DNA of 64,000 nucleotides from an uncultured bacterium (GTDB lineage Bacteria; Margulisbacteria; Marinamargulisbacteria; SXXA01): NCBI GenBank assembly GCA_903864835.1, contig CAIPHK010000004.1, positions 64,448 to 128,447 of the forward strand, read 5' to 3'. Shown piece by piece: positions 56,441 to 64,000 of this stretch (position 1 is its first letter; each line of letters starts with the position of its first letter). The notes under the pieces were generated by a model. It saw only the letters and a program-made list of their open reading frames with translations, ran no database searches and was not told where the DNA came from. The position numbers and the translations under genes were made by a program.

Positions 56441-57373
56441 CTAACGAGTAGTGGACTTAAACCATTCAATAGTCGGAAGTAACCCCTCCGAAAGAGGGAT
56501 ACTCGGCGCCCACCCTAAAATAGATTGCGCCTTGGTAATATCCGGACAGCGCACCTTTGGATCATCTTGAGGGAGAGGGAGAAATTGAACCGTGCTGGAA
56601 GATCCCGTCATGGCGATCACTTGAGTGGCCAACTCGTTCATCGAAAATTCACCGGGGTTACCGAGATTCACCGGGCCGGGGTTGGTGGGATGATTCATGA
56701 GTCGAATGAGCCCGTTAACAAGGTCCGTAACGTAGCAAAATGACCGTGTTTGGGAGCCGTCTCCGTACACGGTAAGGGGATGGTTTTGTAAGGCTTGTAC
56801 GATAAAATTGCTGACGACCCGGCCATCGTTGGGAAGCATCCGGGGGCCATAGGTGTTAAAAATTCGGGCCACCCGAACGGCGACTCCGTGAACTCGTTCA
56901 TAGTCAAAACAGAGGGTTTCAGCCCCCCGTTTTCCTTCGTCGTAACAGGACCGAATGCCGATGGTGTTGACGTTGCCCCAATAGGATTCCGGTTGGGGAT
57001 GGATCAATGGGTCTCCATATATTTCTGAGGTGGAGGCCTGGAGGAGTCTGGCACCTGTGAGTTTGGCACATTCCAGGGCGTTCATGGTTCCTATAACGGA
57101 GGTTTTGAACGTATCGATGGGATTGGCTTGGTAATGCACCGGGGACGCTGGGCATGCCAAATTATAAATTTGATCACAATTGAAGGCAGGGACCAATACC
57201 GAAATGTCCTGGTGGATAAACGAAAATAACGGATTTCCGGAAAATCGGGCCACATTGTGTTGGGTTCCGGTATATAGATTGTCGACACAGATAACGTCGT
57301 GGCCGCTGGATAATAATTGTTCAATAAGATGGCTGCCTACAAATCCGGCACCACCGGTAACCATAATTTTCAT
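56441..57373 (-). CDS. UDP-glucuronate decarboxylase (UDP-xylose synthase), SDR family.
   Basis: GGAGFVGSH Rossmann motif and a YxxxK catalytic region, with overall UXS1-like sequence. Confidence 0.85.
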   Translation of the reverse strand: MKIMVTGGAGFVGSHLIEQLLSSGHDVICVDNLYTGTQHNVARFSGNPLFSFIHQDISVLVPAFNCDQIYNLACPASPVHYQANPIDTFKTSVIGTMNALECAKLTGARLLQASTSEIYGDPLIHPQPESYWGNVNTIGIRSCYDEGKRGAETLCFDYERVHGVAVRVARIFNTYGPRMLPNDGRVVSNFIVQALQNHPLTVYGDGSQTRSFCYVTDLVNGLIRLMNHPTNPGPVNLGNPGEFSMNELATQVIAMTGSSSTVQFLPLPQDDPKVRCPDITKAQSILGWAPSIPLSEGLLPTIEWFKSTTR

Positions 57374-57418
57374 AAGGGGCTAATTATACGGAGAATGCCA
57401 CAACCGCACAAATTTTGC

Positions 57419-60400
57419 TTATCTATGTGGGGACTTGGCGGCATCTGGCAAATCGACAAAACGTAATTGGATGCCACACATTTGGGAAACAAAATGGCCA
57501 ACCAACGCCGGTGTAGTGGCCAATCGCGTGACTATTTCCTTTTGGATAGCGTGGTCGCTCAAGAAATCTCGATGCCTGTCAATAAATGAATGCAATTGGG
57601 GTGAGGGTATTTGTTCAGAAAAACGTGAGATATATTTTATTGTTGTACCAAAAAAAACAACCATCGCATGAGTGTGTTCTTCCGTGCGTGGAAGCGTCAG
57701 CAGTTTAGCTATAAATCGCTCGATAATCGGGTCCATTTCGTCGTATGGAATTACCGGAAATCTACCTTGGGGGGCGGTGGAAATCTGAGCGTTAATCATA
57801 ATAGATGTTGTCAGGGCCAATGCATTGGACTGGAATTCCTGTGGCAATTGATCTTGATCGATCCAGTCTAGTAGCTGAGGTGCTATTTCGAAATTCACTC
57901 GAGCCCATGTTGATCTATCGATCGCTTGGCAGTCCATGATCTTTTGCAACGTGCTGTGAATGTCTACGGGTATAGTGAGTATTCGACCGGTTGGGTTCGT
58001 ATAAGTGAACGAACGGGTAGCAAATCGGCCTGTCTTACAGAGGTCGTACAAAAACGGCACAATTTTCGTCGACCAAGCCGACTTGAAAATATCTGTAATG
58101 ATTTGGATTTCCGGTGTTCCCCTGAGGTCGTGAAATAAATTGATTTGGTAGAGTTCTTCTGCCCGTAACAGGAGTTCGCTGGCCTGCAATGGGTGAGGGG
58201 TATTTAGTGCGTGGCGCAACATACTGATTAACAACCACCACTGTTTCTTTTTAGCCACGTCGACTAAGAGAGATTGCATGGCTCGGCTAACGGGCACAAA
58301 TTCGGTTCCTGTCATCGTTGACGTCGTATGGATACTTAGATTTTCTACCGCATCAGGACGTACTGCCGCAAACCATCTCCCAAGGCGGTCGGACGGAGAT
58401 CCAGGTGAGTCCTCTAAATCAGTGCTGTCTTTCGGTCGTGATGTCAATCCTAATTGAACAGCAACGTCACACATAATTCTATAATCGGCAAAGCTACCTG
58501 CGGTCATCCGTGGACAATCCATTAAGTTAAACAATGGGGCGGCGGCGGATGTATGGGCAAACATCTTGATGCAATTTCCGAACACCTGGAAGAAAAAGTT
58601 CTTTTCGGTGGATGGCTCATTAAAATCAACGCCTATTTTAAGTTGGGCGAGCGCTTTTAAAAACACGCTGCGTCGGACGTTGGTCTTGATTGTTGTTTCA
58701 GGGGCCCGGTCGTTTAGTATCCGTCGGAGTGTATCTTGATTCACTCCGATATCGATAATCTGTTCAAGACGTTGAAAATAATGATCTGCGGTTAAGCCTC
58801 GGATCCGGGGCTTCCATTGAACTTCGGCGTCGCAGTGCCGGCGAAGAGAGGCTTTGACGGGGCCCAGCGTAATCGTACCTTTTAGAACCTCATCCAGAAC
58901 AATGTCGGCCAAATTAGTCAACGTTGATTGGCGAATGACTCCAGATTCGGACAAGCGAATAAAAAGCTTTGAAAGTAGGGGGGCATGTCCCGGAATCTTG
59001 GTTACGTGGTCGATATTGAGTAGCAATTCACTCGGTTTTGATCCTGAAATTTTTCTTTCAATTCGGGAAGATAGTCCTTCAAGAACTGGATTTGGCAGCG
59101 TAGTCACGTGTTGAAGTAACAGGATCATGTTCTGAAGTTGGTTCCAATTTAATGGTTGCGATCTATTTTCAGAGATGTTCTTTAACGCGAGTTGGGCTTC
59201 CGTAGAACGAATGTTTAAGGCGAGTTTTTCGTCGGTAATTAGCCGATGGTGCCAATGATCGTCACGCCCAAGGCATAGTGTCCGGATTGTATTTGCAATT
59301 TCAGCGGTCGAAATCGGCGCGTGTGCGATAATGGCTTCGGATGCCGAAGTTCGGCTTGAGAACGAATCGATCACCGGCTGCCATTCAGGGGTAATCGTAG
59401 TCAATTGAAATTCGTATCGAAGTGCACTTTTAAACCATAGCTCTGCGGCGCTGCGATCGGATATTCGCTTGAGTCGGTCACAAGTGATTCCCCATTCGGT
59501 TGGAGTAGAGTCGTCCGGACGTACAGATTGGGTGGCCGCAAGAAGTCGCTCGTAAAACGGAATAATATCGGGGTTATCAACGGATCGAGCCCAGTCAAGC
59601 CATTGCACTCGGGACTCTGCTGGAATTTGGGGTTCCTGGACGTCGTATGGGTATTCAGAACGGTTTATGAAAAATAGACTTCCTGGCGTATTCCCTAATG
59701 CGGGGATGATTTTTGTGAATAAAACGGGATCTGATTTGGTCCGAGTGATGATTCGAAGTTCAACCTCCGAGAGCGAAATGGTTGGGGTCCCTTCAGGCAG
59801 GGTGTTGGGGTCTAGTGATCCGGACTCCATCTGCTCTAATAAGGTGAGGTAGGCGTCCATTCCGATCAGTGCATCATGTTGAATTTGGCCGCGTGATGAT
59901 TCCTTGAGAATTTGAGTAATTGTGGTGCACCAACTTGAAATGATTGAGGGAGGATCAAATTTAAACTGAATATGGACGTCTTTGGTTTTTGATTTGGGTG
60001 GAATATGGTTTCGGACGAGTTGTTTTAGTTCGTCCAATTTCTGTGGAATTTGTTGGCCAAAAACGGTGGTTGCTATCGCCGCAATAAGTCGTTCTAAACC
60101 GATCAAATAGGGGAGTTTGTCGGCGTCACTGGCCGACGGAAAATGGGTCCTAAGATATCTATTTAGTTCGATTTCAAAGTCTGCAGGTGCAAGAGTGAGG
60201 AGACTTTTTGCCATAGACTCGATCACTAAGGGAGATCCAATTCGGATACCCCCGCGTTTTCCCGCTTGAGAGGCAAGTCGTGGGAGTCGGATCGGGTTAT
60301 TAGGCCACCCGGGCGAAATGACAATATTCATTGTCTCGATCAGTTGAAGATCGGACTCTGAATAATAGTATTTGGATATTTTTTTGGGGGACTGACGTCC

Positions 60401-61150
60401 CATCTCCCGGTAAAGGCCAAATACGCCTTTTGGGTTCCCTTTCCCTTCGAGACAATTTTGATGCCCGGGGTCGGTGGGCTCAAATTGGAGCAATGGATTG
60501 AGAGGACCAATCATCAGGGAATCCAACGAGGATGAGCACAACCTGGATAACTTGGCGGATCTGCTGTTTATTGGATCAACACCAAGGGTCAAAAATTCCA
60601 ATTCAATCATGTTGCTTCCGCTTCGAGGTCCAATGGCCATAATAGCGCCATAATAAGAATATCGGTGTTGGGGGGAATCAATTAAGACTCGTTTTTGAAA
60701 TGCTCGTTGTGCAATTTGTGTGTTATTTCCGATTACTGCTGACATCGACCGTTCAACGGCGGCAGATACCTCGCTTTGAGTGTCGCCTTCGTATGCATAT
60801 GAGTTAATAAAAATAAGGACGTCAAAGTCATTAAAAACGATGGTTTGTTTTTTTGATAATTCAGCCAATTTTTTTTCAGTGGCCAACCCGCCGTGGGCGT
60901 AAATAGTCGGGTTATAATGGCTGGGAATTTCGGTAAGTAGGCGCCTTAGAAATTGAAGTGGAGTGGTTTCCCCCAATCTTACCGGCATCGGATCTGCGGT
61001 TGGTTTCCGCCAAATTGGATTGCTTTCGATCACAATTTTTGAATTGAGAACCCGAAGAAGGCCACGAAATGCATCAGTAGACAATTCCGCCTGAGGGACG
61101 GGTTCGATTCTGGGGACCTGGGCAGCTGCGATAGTTCGGTGACGGGCCAT
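57419..61150 (-). CDS. Large orphan protein of 1243 aa with no recognisable domain.
   Basis: The ORF is long and uninterrupted, with protein-like composition and no Walker, catalytic or repeat motifs found. Confidence 0.55.
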   Translation of the reverse strand: MARHRTIAAAQVPRIEPVPQAELSTDAFRGLLRVLNSKIVIESNPIWRKPTADPMPVRLGETTPLQFLRRLLTEIPSHYNPTIYAHGGLATEKKLAELSKKQTIVFNDFDVLIFINSYAYEGDTQSEVSAAVERSMSAVIGNNTQIAQRAFQKRVLIDSPQHRYSYYGAIMAIGPRSGSNMIELEFLTLGVDPINSRSAKLSRLCSSSLDSLMIGPLNPLLQFEPTDPGHQNCLEGKGNPKGVFGLYREMGRQSPKKISKYYYSESDLQLIETMNIVISPGWPNNPIRLPRLASQAGKRGGIRIGSPLVIESMAKSLLTLAPADFEIELNRYLRTHFPSASDADKLPYLIGLERLIAAIATTVFGQQIPQKLDELKQLVRNHIPPKSKTKDVHIQFKFDPPSIISSWCTTITQILKESSRGQIQHDALIGMDAYLTLLEQMESGSLDPNTLPEGTPTISLSEVELRIITRTKSDPVLFTKIIPALGNTPGSLFFINRSEYPYDVQEPQIPAESRVQWLDWARSVDNPDIIPFYERLLAATQSVRPDDSTPTEWGITCDRLKRISDRSAAELWFKSALRYEFQLTTITPEWQPVIDSFSSRTSASEAIIAHAPISTAEIANTIRTLCLGRDDHWHHRLITDEKLALNIRSTEAQLALKNISENRSQPLNWNQLQNMILLLQHVTTLPNPVLEGLSSRIERKISGSKPSELLLNIDHVTKIPGHAPLLSKLFIRLSESGVIRQSTLTNLADIVLDEVLKGTITLGPVKASLRRHCDAEVQWKPRIRGLTADHYFQRLEQIIDIGVNQDTLRRILNDRAPETTIKTNVRRSVFLKALAQLKIGVDFNEPSTEKNFFFQVFGNCIKMFAHTSAAAPLFNLMDCPRMTAGSFADYRIMCDVAVQLGLTSRPKDSTDLEDSPGSPSDRLGRWFAAVRPDAVENLSIHTTSTMTGTEFVPVSRAMQSLLVDVAKKKQWWLLISMLRHALNTPHPLQASELLLRAEELYQINLFHDLRGTPEIQIITDIFKSAWSTKIVPFLYDLCKTGRFATRSFTYTNPTGRILTIPVDIHSTLQKIMDCQAIDRSTWARVNFEIAPQLLDWIDQDQLPQEFQSNALALTTSIMINAQISTAPQGRFPVIPYDEMDPIIERFIAKLLTLPRTEEHTHAMVVFFGTTIKYISRFSEQIPSPQLHSFIDRHRDFLSDHAIQKEIVTRLATTPALVGHFVSQMCGIQLRFVDLPDAAKSPHR

Positions 61151-61294
61151 TGTAAATAATTATCGGGAGTATGAAAAAAAAATTTCAGATATGAAACGAT
61201 CGCTTGCTATGCCATGGCTGCCATCTTCATAACCTCGTCGGTAGTCGTCCCAAATCAGGATAAATTCCTATCTAATTAGTCGCGTGACCTCGAT

Positions 61295-61325
61295 TGACGG
61301 TCACCGAGGCCGTCGTGTTACAATC
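61295..61325 (+). promoter_or_regulatory. Sigma70-type promoter of tRNA-Ser(TGA).
   Basis: TTGACG, an 18-bp spacer, then TACAAT, ending about 7 nt before the tRNA 5' end. Confidence 0.5.
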
Positions 61326-61331
61326 CACGAC

Positions 61332-61419
61332 GGAGAGCTGGCAGAGTGGTCTATCGCGGCGGTCTTGAAAACCGTTGAACCGCAAGGTTCCAGGGGTTCG
61401 AATCCTCTGCTCTCCGCCA
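61332..61419 (+). tRNA. tRNA-Ser (anticodon TGA), type II.
   Basis: GGAGAGCTGGCAGAGTGG...anticodon loop cTTGAaa...a long variable arm GAACCGCAAGGTTC...GGTTCGAATCC...CTCTCCGCCA. Confidence 0.85.
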
Positions 61420-61469
61420 TTAAACGACATTCATACAACCAAACTTCGGTTCGTAACTTTTTCCACCCT

Positions 61470-61660
61470 CATTTTTCATCCAACTAAGTTCAGTTCGTCA
61501 CCATCCCCGCAGGGGACTTTCATCCAACTTTAATTCCACACCCCATTTTCAACCTCATTTTTAGTTCGTCACTAACCCTCTACGGGACAATCATCCAACC
61601 TCAAGTTTTTCATTTCCAGTTCGTGAACCACCCCGAAAGGGACATTCATCCAACTGTTCC
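61470..61660 (+). repeat. Three or four degenerate direct repeats of 45 to 70 bp immediately 3' of tRNA-Ser. Each has a conserved frame (agttcgtNaNc ... ttcatccaac) around a small hairpin whose loop varies (ccccGCAgggg, ccctCTAcggg, ccccGAAaggg).
   Basis: Found by direct inspection. The stems are conserved while the loops differ. Confidence 0.6.
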
Positions 61661-61883
61661 CCAGCTCTGTTTTCTCGCAACAACTCCTGATAGGTAATAG
61701 ATACACACAGTGCAATAGCCTCATTCAACTGAGCGTGGAGGCCTCAAGGGCTTGTTGGCTTGAACTCAGGTTAGTAGAAATAGGTGTCTCTTTTGTCGCA
61801 ATGAACTCCTGTTTAGTCACCACACCTGATTTGTCGCAACAAGAGCCTCCCTGGATCTGGAATCCACCGGTTATACTCTTGGC

Positions 61884-63323
61884 ATGGATTTCCCCCAACA
61901 TCTGACGGACGCCGATATCCGGAAACTGCTTTCGGTAATCGACGATCCACGGGATTCTGCAGTCATTGTGCTGGTACTCAGCACGGGCGTTTTTCTGTCT
62001 GAGTTGATCGAACTGAACCTTGATTCAGTTGATCTTGAAAAGAAAGAAATCTCCGTTGATGGCAAACGGAAGAGGACCTTGGGTCTGACTGATCCGGCGA
62101 TCTCAGCCATTTCCGAATATTTGAAAATACGTCCCAAAACTCCCGAAGTTGCTTTGTTTGTGACTGAGCGAGGGGTTCCAAAAAGACTGTCTGAAAGAAG
62201 TATTGATCACATCATCCGATGCGCCGCAAAAGACGCTGACTTGGATGTGAACTACCATGTGATTCGCAACACAGCCATTATTCGATTGCTGAAGAAAACT
62301 GATCCAAAAACTGCTGCAAAGTTGCTTGGTGTTGAGCGTAACGCACTGGATCGATTCTCAGATCAATCAGCTCAACAATCATCACCTCAGCCTCACACGG
62401 CTGCCGAATGGGATCCAATGGACACTCGATCCAGCTTGAAAAAGATTGTCGATATTATTCATCCAACCACTCAGCCGGAGTTCCCTCAAAAACCAGTTCA
62501 GTCGCTGACTTCCTTTTGTATCATCGGCAGAGACAAAACACTTTGCGAAGCAACTGAAGCCGTTCAAAACAACCAATCAATTTTGCTCACCGGTCCGGCC
62601 GGCGTCGGTAAATCTCATGTGCTCAATGCGTTGGCCGATACATTTCCCGATTCGATTTTGATCAAGTCACCGGTTCCGTTCAAGCCGATGCTTTTGGAAA
62701 TTTCTAAAGCGATTTGTCCCGACTCTGTATTCACGCAGCGCACTCCCAATGCTGAGATTTTGGAGGCGATTTTTTCTGCTGACACTTTAGTTCCACCGGT
62801 GATTCTCATCGACAATCTCGACCGGCTGAAAGTTTCTGAAGAAGAAATCATGATGAGTTTGACGGACAAGTTTCCTGTTGTGGCGACGGCTGGTGGAAAA
62901 CCGGATCGGCTGAAAAGTTTGTGGTGGAAATTTCAAGAATTGCCGGTTGAGCCGTTGGATTTGGAAACAACTAAGCAGCTGATTTCTCATTTACTGTAAA
63001 AGCATTCGATGAATCCAGATGAATACACAATGCTTGAAACTAAAGTGTTGAACTTGGCCAACGGAAATCCATTTGCTGTGGTTGAGCTCATTTCTCAACT
63101 TCCGGGAAGCAAAAAAGTGACCGCCGATCATATTCGAGAGATCCATCATGAAGCTGGAATTGTGTATCGTGATTGGACTTGGATCTTTATGGTGCTTTGG
63201 GGATTGCTGGTGATTTCGAGATTTATTGCGCTTGGGACGCATTCTTTTGAAGGCTACATTTTAGCGGGAATCGGAACGACGGTGTTTTTGACGTTCAAAA
63301 CTTTGGCGAGGATGAAACGGTGA
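61884..63323 (+). CDS. A degenerate tyrosine-recombinase (integrase) catalytic-fold domain fused to an AAA+ ATPase and a C-terminal 2-TM region. The reading frame is interrupted by an in-frame TAA at 62997.
   Basis: The integrase fold is recognisable (LSTGVFLSEL, HVIRNTAIIRLL, LLGVERNALDRF), but catalytic Arg I (TGLR becomes TGVF), His/Trp III (LLGH becomes LLGV) and Tyr (becomes Phe) are replaced. Then come Walker A GPAGVGKSH and Walker B ILIDNLD. After the TAA the same frame continues through a GNPFAVVEL lid-like segment and two hydrophobic helices. Confidence 0.55.
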
Positions 63324-63445
63324 TGCGTATGAAATTTTTCATGAACCACACGCCTGTGGCTGAGTGGAGGCGTCAGCCGGAACGTGGCCCGTCTGGCGAA
63401 GCAAAGCGGGGCGAAATCTAAATATGATCAAAAAAGGGGTATTGT

Positions 63446-64000
63446 TGTGATTGCACCAACTCATGCGTTGTACGGACCAGCGATTGCTCTGATCGTTTTA
63501 GCTCTTTTTGGAGTTGAGGCGAGTTTCCATTGGTCGGTGATTGTGTGTGCCATTTTGGGTTCGATTTCTCCAGATTTGGATTACACGAAATCTACGATCG
63601 GCCGAGTTTTTCCTTGGATTTCAAAACGCATCGAAACCCGTTTCGGCCACCGAACAATCACCCATTCACTCCTAGGTACCCTTGTGGCCTCAATCACATT
63701 CACCATTCTCATCGCAGTTCTAATTCTCGTTCTACGATTGACCCTCCCGGATTCCCAACCCATCCCATTTCTCACCGCCCTCAACTGGTGGATCCCACTG
63801 ACAATCCCAAGCCTAATCCGCATGAGTGCAGCCTTCTTCATCGGCTACATTTCCCACCTCGCACTCGACATGCTGACGCCCAAAGGAGTCCAACTATTCT
63901 GGCCTCGCCTCAGCCGAGACGTCATCTTCCAAAACTCATTCAGAATCGAAACTGCCTCGAAGCACGAAATCCCCGTTTTCCTTTTAGGCCTCGTGCTTCT
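63446..64000 (+). CDS. Membrane-bound metal-dependent hydrolase (YdjM/DUF457 family). It is partial and runs off the window.
   Basis: A GTG start with the RBS aaaagggg. Motifs include THALYG, HRTITHS and a further His/Asp motif. It is not in the ORF track because it has no stop. Confidence 0.6.

Noticed and set aside
61430-61660. The tandem repeats after tRNA-Ser(TGA) as a CRISPR array.
   Set aside because: The units are degenerate with irregular periods of 44 to 72 bp, there is no repeat-spacer alternation with unique spacers, and no cas genes are nearby. The pattern fits iterated hairpin sites better than CRISPR.

Overview
This 64 kb window is a bacterial chromosomal segment with roughly 50% GC that uses the standard genetic code. 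TGA is a real stop (purK) and several gene pairs overlap as ATGA or TAATG. Sigma70-like -35/-10 boxes are visible upstream of mdh and tRNA-Ser. A subtilisin carries a T9SS-type C-terminal sorting domain, which suggests an FCB-group or related phylum. No organism can be assigned from the sequence alone. Housekeeping genes are aroC, ilvBN, ogt, dapA, rmuC, purEK with a vertebrate-like N-acetylglutamate synthase, trmB, rluB, ridA, mdh-sdhCAB, a metal ABC transporter, a LemA/TPM pair and three tRNAs (His-GTG, Ser-GGA, Ser-TGA). These are interleaved with accessory or orphan content. The main accessory stretch runs from about 27.6 to 40.1 kb. It holds a proline-rich protein with internal tandem repeats, a small membrane protein, a candidate ADP-ribosyltransferase-fold protein, a TPR protein preceded by an in-frame TGA, a truncated and frameshifted P-type ATPase pseudogene, and a 1475-aa protein fusing an unknown N-terminal region to an FprA/GltD-like flavoprotein reductase and a glutamate-synthase-type class-II glutamine amidotransferase domain. 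Other accessory items are a Fic (class III) plus P-loop NTPase islet beside tRNA-Ser(GGA), a 1243-aa orphan protein, and a catalytically dead tyrosine-recombinase fold fused to an AAA+ ATPase downstream of tRNA-Ser(TGA) and a block of structured tandem repeats. Intergenic regions carry at least three families of short repeats of 40 to 100 bp. One family occurs as inverted pairs that would form long hairpins (MITE or REP-like). Another supplies the last codons and the stop codon of two unrelated genes. No CRISPR array, rRNA or obvious prophage is present.
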